32,000 nucleotides of DNA from a cyanobacterium endosymbiont of Epithemia turgida isolate EtSB Lake Yunoko (GTDB taxonomy: Bacteria > Cyanobacteriota > Cyanobacteriia > Cyanobacteriales > Microcystaceae): assembly GCF_000829235.1 (NCBI RefSeq), contig NZ_AP012549.1, forward strand, positions 1,440,001-1,472,000. Reading direction: 5' to 3'. The position numbers and the translations under genes were made by a program. Numbering within the stretch: position 1 is the stretch's first letter; every line of letters starts with the position of its first letter. The notes below the pieces were generated by a model. The model saw only the letters and a list, made by a program, of their open reading frames with translations. It was not told the DNA's origin and ran no database searches. Shown one piece after another: positions 21,755-31,723 of the stretch.

Positions 21755-21783
21755 TTGACAGTAGTTTCTTAGGAATTTATAAT
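21755..21783 (+). promoter_or_regulatory. Perfect consensus sigma70-type promoter with no downstream ORF
   Basis: TTGACA (21755-21760), an exact 17-nt spacer (21761-21777) and TATAAT (21778-21783). It is oriented rightwards, divergent from hom and convergent with (antisense to) the 3' end of the oxidoreductase gene that ends at 22039. Confidence 0.5.
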
Positions 21784-22038
21784 TTTAAGGTACGAATAGG
21801 ATATTTTAACTTTATCAATTAATCATTAATAATTATTCAGCCCTTAATACTTTTATACAAAAGCAGAGAGCGACAAGCCATTTACTTACACTACGGATAG
21901 TAATATGAGCTAAGCTTCATAATTGCGATCCAACTTTTAATAGACTAAACATTATAGTAAAGTAGTTAAGAACAATTGTTTCCACGGCAATCTCAACTAA
22001 ATTTCTCTCACTAATTTATCCTAGAATTCTAATTAATT

Positions 22039-24075
22039 TTATTTCCAATTATCCCAATCATTATTAAAAATAGAAGTATCTGGAAAGCTTGTAAAGTTAC
22101 CATTCTTATCCAATTTTTGTTGTAATTTTTTTAACTTTTCTGATCTAAAAATTGGCTCTTTAACCATTTGATAAGGTAAGATTTGTTGATTCAAAGCAAA
22201 AGCCGCGACGGTTCCTGCAGCCGCTCCTGAAGACCATTCAAACGAATGGACTCGATAGGCTGCAGCCGCAATATGACTCACGGCAATACTCTTTCCTGTT
22301 ACTAAAAAATTATCAAGTTCTTGGGGAATCATCGCCCTTAAAGGAACTTGAAACGGGTAAGCTTGCCCGGCGCCTTGTCTTTCTCCTTTTCGTTCAGTGT
22401 TCTTGGGTTTTTCAGCCGGAAATTCGGTCATACAAGGGTGAAAATCAATAGCATAATGACCTATTCCTACTGAGTCAGTATAAATTGTAGACCGCTTTCG
22501 TCTTGTTACGTCACTGGGAGCAATTTCTCCACTCAAAATTCCGAAACCTTCCCATCGTCGAATAGTTGCATGAAGACGACGATAAGTTTCAAGAGAAAGA
22601 ATTTTTTTGTAAAATTCATCTTGATAATTACGACTAGAAATATCAATTTCTGTTATAAAAAACCCATTGTTATAAGTAGAAGATTTACGTCCAATAATTC
22701 GCCTTGCTTCACGAATATAAGGGTATTTAGACAGTCCATGTTTAGTTCCCATCGGAGAGTCAAAACCTGATAGAAAACGATGATTAGTATTAATTTTTTT
22801 GACTTCTTTTCCTAATTGAGAATCTGTAGTTCCCCTCATTAACCAATAAAAATATCCTAAGGCGTTTTCTTCTCCTTTGCGTAGGGACTCAGTCCTTAGC
22901 CCTCCCATCCATTTTCCAGATTTCAGTTGTCCAGTCTCTTGCAATTGTTGACGGGTATAAATTAGGTTGTCTTGAGGATTTCCTGGACGATAATCATTAC
23001 CCCAAGTCCAATTTTGCATAGAGATATCCCCCGGAGTGGGAACAGTAAAATTAATTCCCCCAAACTTTTTAGTATTTCCTTTTTTTTGATTCCAAATTCT
23101 TCGGTAAGTATAAACTAAATCGAAGTCAGCTAATCGTTTTAATTCATAACTATAATAAGGGGCATATTGTGAATAGAAAATTGGCATCTTATGCGTTTGA
23201 GATTCCTTCATGGTTTCTATAGCAAAAGTGTAAGTAAACCCTTGAGTACAATAAGGATTACCTGCAACGCTTGATGAAGAGGGTTCAAGATAGGAACGAG
23301 GATCAATCCCTAAACGGTGAGGAATACCCGTCAAACCAATGATTTCTCCTGTTTCTGTGGCTTCTATAACATACCAGTCTGCAGGCTCTTGTTTCTTATT
23401 TTTGTCGGGAGTAAAACGAATAATAGTTTTGTCAAAACGAGGAGAATCTTCGTAACGGTAAGAGTCTTCAATAGTTTGTGAGAGGGGATAAGTATTAAGA
23501 GGAAGTTTACCATCAGCTGATTGATGTTGAATAGCAATCATACTTAAAATTTGTTTTCCTGTTCCTCCTCGAGGATTTTTGCCAATATTTATATCTTTAA
23601 TAACTGTTGAAGGAAACCATTTTAGAGTTCCATTGTGTTTATTAGCTGCATCTTTCAACATCCTCATTAAAATGAGATCACCGTCTCTTGGCAAAAAACA
23701 GGATTCACTTACCCAACAATCTCCAGGATTGAGCTTACCATAATGCTCTTTGATACGTTTTCTCAATTCTAGATAACCACGGGGGTAAATTAACTGTGAT
23801 CGCTGAGTTTGTCGTTCGTCTAAAGCTGAAGTTCCTTGGGCCGAAATTTGCCCTCCCACCCAGTCAGTAATTTCGGTAAGACAGACATTTTTTCCAGCCA
23901 GTAAACCTTCATAAGCTGCAGCTGTTCCCGCAAGTCCTCCACCAACAATCAACATTTCACATTCAACAGTTTTATCAGGAGTACGAGGAGGGTTAGCCAG
24001 GGTCAAAGGAACAGTAATTTGTCCTAGAATGAGACTAAGAGACAATGTAGCTAAATAGCGAGGGATTTCATGCAT
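22039..24075 (-). CDS. Secreted FAD-dependent oxidoreductase of unknown specificity
   Basis: 678-aa ORF with an ATG start and a signal-peptide-like N-terminus (LATLSLSLILGQITVPLTLA). The Rossmann FAD motif is MLIVGGGLAGTAAAYEG...LTE. The C-terminal segment GKSIAVSHIAAAAYRVHSFEWSSGAAAG is typical of the broad 'FAD dependent oxidoreductase' family. The substrate cannot be inferred. Confidence 0.8.
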   Translation of the reverse strand: MHEIPRYLATLSLSLILGQITVPLTLANPPRTPDKTVECEMLIVGGGLAGTAAAYEGLLAGKNVCLTEITDWVGGQISAQGTSALDERQTQRSQLIYPRGYLELRKRIKEHYGKLNPGDCWVSESCFLPRDGDLILMRMLKDAANKHNGTLKWFPSTVIKDINIGKNPRGGTGKQILSMIAIQHQSADGKLPLNTYPLSQTIEDSYRYEDSPRFDKTIIRFTPDKNKKQEPADWYVIEATETGEIIGLTGIPHRLGIDPRSYLEPSSSSVAGNPYCTQGFTYTFAIETMKESQTHKMPIFYSQYAPYYSYELKRLADFDLVYTYRRIWNQKKGNTKKFGGINFTVPTPGDISMQNWTWGNDYRPGNPQDNLIYTRQQLQETGQLKSGKWMGGLRTESLRKGEENALGYFYWLMRGTTDSQLGKEVKKINTNHRFLSGFDSPMGTKHGLSKYPYIREARRIIGRKSSTYNNGFFITEIDISSRNYQDEFYKKILSLETYRRLHATIRRWEGFGILSGEIAPSDVTRRKRSTIYTDSVGIGHYAIDFHPCMTEFPAEKPKNTERKGERQGAGQAYPFQVPLRAMIPQELDNFLVTGKSIAVSHIAAAAYRVHSFEWSSGAAAGTVAAFALNQQILPYQMVKEPIFRSEKLKKLQQKLDKNGNFTSFPDTSIFNNDWDNWK

Positions 24076-25221
24076 TATCTATGTGTCCTTTATTAAGAAA
24101 TAGATAAGTGATACTAACTAACCAGGATACAATTTTTATAGAGTTAGGGATGAGTATACATTAATTCCTATTTTTTATTGATATTAAAATCCTTTCTTTA
24201 ACTTGTTATCAAGATAACTAATTAGGAACTACTTAATTTTTACTTGAAAATATATCAAATATAAAATATGAATTAAATTTTAATTGGAGACTAATTCAAG
24301 CAATAAGATTCTTTAAGTTTTTATCGGAAATTTAAAGCAAGAAAATTATTCAAATAATTTTTATTTTACATGGCAAATCAAAAGAAAAATTAACTATAAA
24401 TTTTAAATTTTTATGTTTTCCAATTTTTATTGACGTTAACTCCTAAAAATTGACTAGCCATAATTCCTTTTTCCAAAGATGAATTGGAACTACCCGTAGC
24501 TGTAAATAAATTATATTTGGTGACATGATTAGAAAAATTTTTTCTAGAAGATGCGATAAATTTACTCAATCAAAATCTATATTTTAAAATTTAAATCATT
24601 TTTACCGTAATCAATAAAAATGATTTTGTGAAGAGAAGAAGCTAACATCTTTTTTCTATAAACACTGATTTTAATAAAGTTGATGTTACTAAGAGAGGGA
24701 CTCTATCATAAGCGACACTATAGACATCTCTATTTTTTATAAATAATTTTTAGTTAAAATTTTTTATTTACTTGTTAGTTAACTCTATTTTAGGAGTCCC
24801 TGATTGGGAACCTTTAGAGGTACAAACAATAGAGTTAGACTACTGATTAAATTCATTGCAAGGTTTTGTAAACTCAAACTAATTTCAGCCTCCAGCTCTC
24901 TAAATCACCATAGCTATCAAACTAACTAAAAATTAGCAGTGCAGCAACTTTTATCATCAGTAATCAAGATATATTTTGTTTTCTTATAACTGGATAGAAG
25001 AGTTGTTACAGTCTGACAGGAACATGGGTCTAGTACTGCCCAAGAAAGAGATATTAAACTTAATATTAGTTATTTTCAGCAGAGAGTTGATATTAGCATA
25101 TACTAGGAAGTTACTACAAAATACAAACTTTAAAATGTTTTCCTGATATTTTACTTTGACAGAAGTTTTTAGGCTAAGTGACAGGACTTAAATACAGTAG
25201 CATATATGGGGGGTGAATTAG

Positions 25222-25479
25222 TTAATCTAAAATAATAAAACTAAGATAATATTCGTTAACTAGAGTTGTCACTAGTTGAGAGAATAATTGATGATTGATC
25301 CATAGCTGTTCAGTTTCTGCAACGGCAGCAGTTATCATCCATATTGTCTCTGCGTACTCTTGAGAAGAAATGAGACCAGTGTTTCGAGCAATATTAAGTT
25401 CAAGATACTCATTAGCTGTTTCTGGTTGAATTTGGTAGATTATTGCTTGTAGCTGAATATGCGCTTTTAAACTTTTCAT
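25222..25479 (-). CDS. Doubtful 85-aa ORF (possible gene remnant) inside the 4.9-kb desert
   Basis: This is the only ORF of 60 aa or more in 24076-28986. It has an ATG start and no recognisable motif. Short stop-interrupted frames lie directly upstream of it on the same strand (25640-25760), consistent with a decayed gene. Confidence 0.25.
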   Translation of the reverse strand: MKSLKAHIQLQAIIYQIQPETANEYLELNIARNTGLISSQEYAETIWMITAAVAETEQLWINHQLFSQLVTTLVNEYYLSFIILD

Positions 25480-26046
25480 AATCGGTTTTAGGATGAATTT
25501 TATCGGTTAAAATCGATAAACTTGTATGATGAACAGATTACTTTTAATATTCTCTGAAATCCTAGCAGTTAACCTCACCTTATAGCATGAACCAATAAGT
25601 CGATTTTAAAGGAATTCTAATAAGGAATCACTCTGCTGCAAGGATTATCCATAGATCTTAGAGCAATAATTTCTCTAATTCTTCTGAGAGCTTATGGACT
25701 ATTTCAGAAAAGATGACTGATTATCTTCAATATGTTTTCTGAACTCCATCATCTTAGTAAACCACCAAAAAATAAGGTTAAAAAAATTAAGGTGACAGAA
25801 TTTTTAGTGCACACTGAAATTAAATTAATGAGTAGAAATTATTAATAAATACTATCAACTAATGATGACAGAACTAATGTTCAACATCTAACTGAAAATT
25901 TGAAGAAATTAGGGAAAGTTTATTGAATAATCAAAAAGTAGCTAAATATTGGTTGTTTTTTGCTCTACAGGTCTATAATTCTATATTTTTAGAATAAAAT
26001 CTCTCTTTGAATTTTGTCTACAGTGGGCAATACCTCAATTAAATTT

Positions 26047-26118
26047 AGCCTCAAAAATCTGATTGCTGAAACAGACAATATTTTCTATTTTCAAGGGAGT
26101 AATCAGATTTTTGAGGCT
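26047..26118. repeat. Perfect 18-bp inverted repeat (long hairpin) with a 36-nt spacer
   Basis: agcctcaaaaatctgatt (26047-26064) is the exact reverse complement of aatcagatttttgaggct (26101-26118). Each arm contains 6 G/C, unlike the AT-only palindromes elsewhere. Confidence 0.8.
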
Positions 26119-26301
26119 ATCAAGAAAAGAAGTTTGTCTCCAATCTCTGTCACCTATTTCATGAAATCAGCCAAACTTTTAGTCTTGTAAGACTCTTATA
26201 TAATAAATCAACTGAAAACTCAAGTTACTTATGCAACTGTACTATCTCCATCAGTAGAAACCGTTCTCTATATAATTCTTCTTTACAAATACGTTAATCA
26301 T

Positions 26302-26330
26302 ACCATCCCGATGCGGTGGTTTTTATTTCT
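26302..26330 (+). terminator. Orphan intrinsic-terminator-like hairpin in the desert
   Basis: accatc (26302-26307) pairs with ggtggt (26315-26320), including one G-U pair, around the 7-nt loop ccgatgc. The tract ttttatttct follows immediately. No ORF lies upstream. Confidence 0.45.
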
Positions 26331-27768
26331 TCCATTATGTTTTAGTTTTATTTAGCCTGTTTTTATACAAAAAAATTTATTGCTAATGTTTGGAAACAAA
26401 CTATTGGCATAATATTGATGAATCATGGTATTTTCTATTTTAGGAAAATTTGCCATTAATTCTACCAATAAATGATTAATTTGTTTTTAAATAGTTCTCT
26501 ATTTAAAAACAAATTAAAAAAAATTTTAAGCTTCTGTTATTGAACATTTAAAACCTCTTAAGTTATTTATTAACTAAATTTTAATATCTTAAGTCTTTCA
26601 ATCAGCATAATTTTTTATGATTGTATCCTTGCATCGTAATATAAAAACTTTTACATTTTTTCCATGTGGAAACATTGAAGAGTTATTTCAATTTCAATAA
26701 GGACCGGTGACTCTTGATTATGTTGTAATTCGAATAAGGCATTGACCTTTATCGGAACGAGATATGGAAGGATATATTATAAAATTACCAACAGTATTTT
26801 AATATCTATGTTTTTTGAAGAAAAGATCTTAAAACCATTGTATACTTTACTCCGTGGGTAATTATATAGCACGAATTGAGAACATGTACAATTTATAGTA
26901 TTCAAAATATCAGCCATAGTAGCCGATATTTACCATTATAATGATTGAGATTATTGAATAGGCAATAGTTATGAGACGATATCAACCATTAAGTCTCCAA
27001 AATATTTTTGAATATAAAATATTAAGAACTAGAAACAGGTTAAATTAACTAATAGTAGTGAAATTTAAATCTTTATAGGTAGATCCGCCTTAGTTAAGGG
27101 AGTGCATTACGAATTGGAAAAGCTTGTGTTGAGTTCTTATTACAATGGGGCAGTTGTTGTGGAACTTGATATTAATATCGGTCTTTATATAAACATCCCA
27201 ATTTTTTTGTAACTCATTGTAATTTAACTTATAAAACAGTCATTAAAACTATCTTAGAAGAAGCTATTATCCAGTTTAGTGGTTTATACATGTTAATTCT
27301 CAAGAAGTGAATCTTTCCCTTATGCTTTGAGATTAAGAATTTTTCTGTAAATATTTAGGATAAAGTGATGGGGATTGATTTAGATGTAAATTCAGTTTTA
27401 TATGTGGGTATTACCCCTTTTGGGGTTAGATGTTAAAAATAATCAAGTTGCTATCTTTAACTCGAATTTTGACTCAAAAAATATTTCTATTATAAAGCTA
27501 AATACAAAATATGCTGCTGTATCTAAAGCAGCGTTAAATTAGTTAATTTGTATAAAAATTTTTAAAAAATAAAGTATAATATATGCCTCAATTTTATTTA
27601 TACGATTTTAATCTTTAATATGGATATCAGGAGTAAATAAGTTATAAAGAATTGTGTAATATATCAAACTTTTGATAATAAAATAAACCTACAGCAGTAT
27701 ATATCTCTATCAACAGGATATAGATAAGTATTTTAAAATTCTAATTTTTATAAGGATTACAAGTAAAA

Positions 27769-27808
27769 AATCAATCACTATTTTTTTTGTAAACAATAGT
27801 GATTGATT
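27769..27808. repeat. Perfect 14-bp hairpin in desert 5
   Basis: aatcaatcactatt (27769-27782) pairs with aatagtgattgatt (27795-27808) around the 12-nt loop ttttttgtaaac. Confidence 0.7.
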
Positions 27809-28986
27809 AAAAGTATAATTTATAAATTAATCAGTACGTATTACTTTTTTAAAACCCCCACTAAAAAACAGTAAGAATAAATCTAGCAAAATAGGTAAAA
27901 AATTAGATAATTTTTATAGATTACAAACTAGGGTAATTAGGCTGAATGAAGAAAGTTAAAGAGACTCGATTTAAAGAATCATAAAATATAAAAATTAATT
28001 ATTAATTATTAATTATTGATCAAAAAAATTTAAAACCTCTATAAATTAAACATGAGTTTTATTAATTAAACAAGAAATATTCTGGTCAGCATTTAGTTTA
28101 AATTCAAGGTATATATACTAAAAATTAATAAATTATCAAAATAATCTTAAAATTAGTATTTTTAGTATTTTTAACAATAAAATTTTTGCAAATTAGAAAC
28201 TAGATACTTGACAAGTAATTTAAGTATATTAATTAATATCATTTCAATAATAATTGAAAATCATAGATAAAATAGGTGATCGCTATTTTTTAGTTATCAT
28301 GTTATTATATTTCCAATCCTGAAAAAACTGACCTAATGATGAGAATATATTATCTCCCGATTTTATTAAGAAGGAGAAAATATTTTCTATGAAGTTAACA
28401 AGCAATTAATTAATAGAAAACCTACTTCTGTCAAAGCTATTCTGATTATCAACTTTCCAGATAAGTGGGAGCATTTCATGTATTTTATAAAACGATATAT
28501 TTAAAAAACACCCGTGAGTTTAGTAAAAATTAGTCTATATTTATAAAATAAAATTTATAGATCTATTTTTATGAAAAAAACCGTAATTACTATTAATAAT
28601 AGTCCCATAGTTGCAACCGAACTACAGTAATAAATTCATTGAACCAAGTCTAAAAGATATTGGTAATCAAGTAATTAGTCATTGTATTTATTTCTGAGTA
28701 ACCAAAATAAATTTATAAATAAAAAAATATTTTAATGTACTAACCTAAATGTAGTTATTGTAAATGGAAGAACTGTAATTGCGTAGCAAGGTACAACTAA
28801 CGATAAATGCCGTATAAGTTTTATTAACCAACACCAGTATTTGGGAAATCATTTCAGTTATTAAGTTACTAAAAAATAGATTTACTAGCTATAGTATCGA
28901 GTATGATAGCAGGTATTCATAAACACCTTTTAATTTTTTCTTTTTATAAGTAAAAACCTATTTATTTGCAAATAAGTTATTTTTAA

Positions 28987-30138
28987 CTAATGACGAACCA
29001 CCATTTTTCCGTGCCTGGTAAGCTCGAATTCTACTCCACGCCATATCACTGTTCTTTGAGTAAATGATAACGCCCAGAATACTAACCCTAGTATATCGCG
29101 AAATGGCAATAAATAGAGACTTTTAATTCCCTCAGTATCTTCCATTTTCCAGGAAGTTATTCCTGCGGTTATAAGGCGAATAGTTACAACTACTATTAAA
29201 TTATATAGCGCAATTATATCTCCTCGAATTAAGAAAAATAATAAGGCAAAGGGAATACTTCTAATAAGAATAGTTGCAATAAAAGGAAAAGGTCTTGCCA
29301 AATAAGTATTTTGATCCCAATATACTTGGTGATCCCACCAAGTACGCGAGTTTTTTAGATCTACAACTACATCAATAATATAAGGTAACAAAATCATATT
29401 TTTACCAGAATTACATACTCTTCGTCCTATTTCATAATCTTCCACTAAGTAATCTGCTAGGCTTTCTAAGCCGCCTATTGTTTCTAGAGTAGATTGTCTA
29501 ATGGCAATAGAAGGACCCAAGCAAGCATTAGAAGCTCCTGTCACTTTAGCAAAAATAACACTAGGTATAAAGTCAGCATTGATAGTCAGAAGTTCCATTT
29601 TTTCAAACCAGTGATTACCTCTGATTGCTTTAAACAAAGTACAGACACATCCTACTCCAGGATCATCTAAAGGAGCTACAATCTTTCTAAGATAATCGGG
29701 TTGTAAATTAGTATCACTATCACTGATAATAATAATGTCGTGACGAGCTTTTTTTATGGCTCCTAAAAGATTATTAACTTTTCCATTAGCTCCTACTTCA
29801 AGAGTACTCACTACTAGAGAAATTCGATCTGAACCAAATTCTTCTTGGATTTCTTTCAGAATAGAAAAAGCAGGATCTTCAGGATCTTGAACTGAATAGA
29901 TAATTTGATAGTTCGGGTAATCCTGAGTGGCAATGGTGCGTAAATTGTGTTTCAAATTTTTTTCTAGTCCTCTAACTGGCTTAAGAACGGTTATGGGTGG
30001 GGTAAAATTACAGATGACATTTGGCTTCGAGTTCTTCAGAAAGTGTTGAATTGTGAAAACTGTTAGGATTGAAAATATAGCTCCCCCTAGAATGGGAACT
30101 AAGCAAATAAATTGTAAAATTTGAGCTAAACTAAACAC
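28987..30138 (-). CDS. GT2/GT21-family glycosyltransferase (ceramide glucosyltransferase-like), membrane-anchored
   Basis: 383-aa ORF with an N-terminal TM helix. It has the blocks PITVLKPVRGLE, QDYPNYQIIYSVQDPEDP, GANGKVNNL and the DxD-type IIISDSDT, plus C-terminal TM helices. The called start is a GTG at 30138. The acceptor lipid or sugar is unknown. Confidence 0.85.
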   Translation of the reverse strand: MFSLAQILQFICLVPILGGAIFSILTVFTIQHFLKNSKPNVICNFTPPITVLKPVRGLEKNLKHNLRTIATQDYPNYQIIYSVQDPEDPAFSILKEIQEEFGSDRISLVVSTLEVGANGKVNNLLGAIKKARHDIIIISDSDTNLQPDYLRKIVAPLDDPGVGCVCTLFKAIRGNHWFEKMELLTINADFIPSVIFAKVTGASNACLGPSIAIRQSTLETIGGLESLADYLVEDYEIGRRVCNSGKNMILLPYIIDVVVDLKNSRTWWDHQVYWDQNTYLARPFPFIATILIRSIPFALLFFLIRGDIIALYNLIVVVTIRLITAGITSWKMEDTEGIKSLYLLPFRDILGLVFWALSFTQRTVIWRGVEFELTRHGKMVVRH

Positions 30139-30592
30139 TTGTTTGTTCTTTCCTCACACGGTATGTATAAATAATATTAAGTTGTCCTAAATTAAGAAGA
30201 TCATAACTAAAAGTTGAATAACTGTAAACTTCATCTAGGTTCTTATCTAGCGATGCCTAACCTAGTATTCAATGACTGACTAGGAAAACAATATAAATAA
30301 GCCTATAGGTTCTTTAGTTTAATAAAAATAAACTAAACTTTTTGCCTTAATTCTATACGATGATAAGGTAGTTCATGTTAATATGAGTCGTTGTTATAGA
30401 AAGTTTCTACAGTGGTCTTAACAGGACTTCTCATTAGACATAGTTTTTTCCTTTAACGTCCTTGTATGATTGGGATAAGAATCTTCTCTAAATCAGCGTT
30501 TGTGAACTGAGTTTTTGTTATCCCTATTTCTAAGAGGGATTTAAATATCAAAGAAATTTTCTAACATAAAAGGTAGACTAAGGACTACTATA

Positions 30593-31681
30593 TTGAAAGT
30601 GAGCGCATCCTATCCTTTGCAATCTCTCAAAGCAGGAAACTGGTTTAAGCTAATTTGTGGGGCGAGTTTCCAAGACCTGCCAGCTATTCGTACTCTTGTT
30701 TTAGCTTATGCCTTGGCCGGGGCTGACTGTGTTGACGTGGCTGCTGATCCTGCTGTAGTCACCGCTGCTAAGGAAGCGTTAAATATAGCTAAAAAATTAG
30801 TAAATAATCAAAAATATCCGATATTTTCCCAAAAAAGAACACTTTGGTTGATGGTAAGTTTAAATGATGGAGAAGATCCTCACTTTCGAAAAGCTTACTT
30901 TGATGCTCAACATTGTCCTTCAGATTGTTTCCATCCGTGTGAGACAATTTGTCCTCCTAGAGCTATTATCGAAATTAAACGAGGGAGTTTTGGGGTTCTA
31001 GAAAGCCGTTGTTATGGGTGTGGTCGTTGTATCTCTATCTGTCCTTATCAATTGGTTAAAACCCGTTCCTATTTAGTCTCTCCAAAAGAAATGATTCCCC
31101 TTATTCAAAGAATGGGTATTGATGCCATAGAAATTCATACTCAAGTGGGACGAGAAACCCAATTTAAACAATTATGGCAGGCTATAGCTCCTTGGATTAG
31201 TCATCTTAAATTGCTCTCTATTAGCTGTCCCGATGGATGCGGGTTAATTGAATATCTTCATTATCTCTACGATATAATTTCCCCCTTGCCCATCCCCTTG
31301 ATTTGGCAAATGGATGGTCGTCCCATGAGTGGGGATATTGGGAAAGGAAGTACCCACGCAACGATTAAGTTAGCTCAAAAAGTTCTCAATGCTCAAATAC
31401 CTGGATTTGTTCAACTCGCAGGAGGAACTAATAATCACACTGTTTCTAAATTAAGAGAGATAGGACTTTTAACCCCTTCAATTTCTTCTACTTTGGTTGT
31501 GTCTGGCATTGCTTATGGTAGTTATGCTCGCTCAGTACTATCCCCTATAGTAAGACAGTTGGAAACCCAATCAATAAACTTAAACCTCCAATCCGTTTTA
31601 GAAGACCAACCTGATTTACTTTTAAAAGCTTTTAAAATTGCAAAATTTATAGTTTTATCCCTAAAGTCATCTAAATTTTAA
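30593..31681 (+). CDS. ldpA: LdpA-like iron-sulfur protein (light-dependent period protein A, circadian input)
   Basis: The N-terminal block WFKLICGASFQDLPAIR..LAYALAGADCVDVAADP is typical of LdpA as I recall it. It has two Cys clusters: CPSDCFHPCETICP and the canonical CYGCGRCISICP. The called start is a TTG at 30593 with AAGGA 8 nt upstream. The GTG at 30599 is an alternative. Confidence 0.8.
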   Translation: MKVSASYPLQSLKAGNWFKLICGASFQDLPAIRTLVLAYALAGADCVDVAADPAVVTAAKEALNIAKKLVNNQKYPIFSQKRTLWLMVSLNDGEDPHFRKAYFDAQHCPSDCFHPCETICPPRAIIEIKRGSFGVLESRCYGCGRCISICPYQLVKTRSYLVSPKEMIPLIQRMGIDAIEIHTQVGRETQFKQLWQAIAPWISHLKLLSISCPDGCGLIEYLHYLYDIISPLPIPLIWQMDGRPMSGDIGKGSTHATIKLAQKVLNAQIPGFVQLAGGTNNHTVSKLREIGLLTPSISSTLVVSGIAYGSYARSVLSPIVRQLETQSINLNLQSVLEDQPDLLLKAFKIAKFIVLSLKSSKF

Positions 31682-31723
31682 AATATGTTTGGTTTTTGAC
31701 TTATTGACGACGTTCTCTAAATT

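Noticed and set aside
21406-22770. ORFs 21406-21597(+) inside hom and 22570-22770(+) inside the oxidoreductase gene
   Set aside because: Antisense shadow ORFs. The second is AT-codon rich (K/F/I/N) and typical of noise.
27996-28016. Tandem repeat (taattat)x3, and tagtattttt x2 near 28151-28175
   Set aside because: Short low-complexity microsatellites in AT-rich DNA. They are not CRISPR-like: there are no spacers and no longer unit.
24076-28986. Checked the large desert, and the other deserts, for a CRISPR array, IS or MITE termini, integrase or transposase frames, and template/variable repeat pairs
   Set aside because: Reading by eye, I found no regularly spaced direct repeats of 25-40 bp, no long dispersed repeats shared between deserts, and no transposase-like or integrase-like frames. 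A computational repeat search could still find what I missed.
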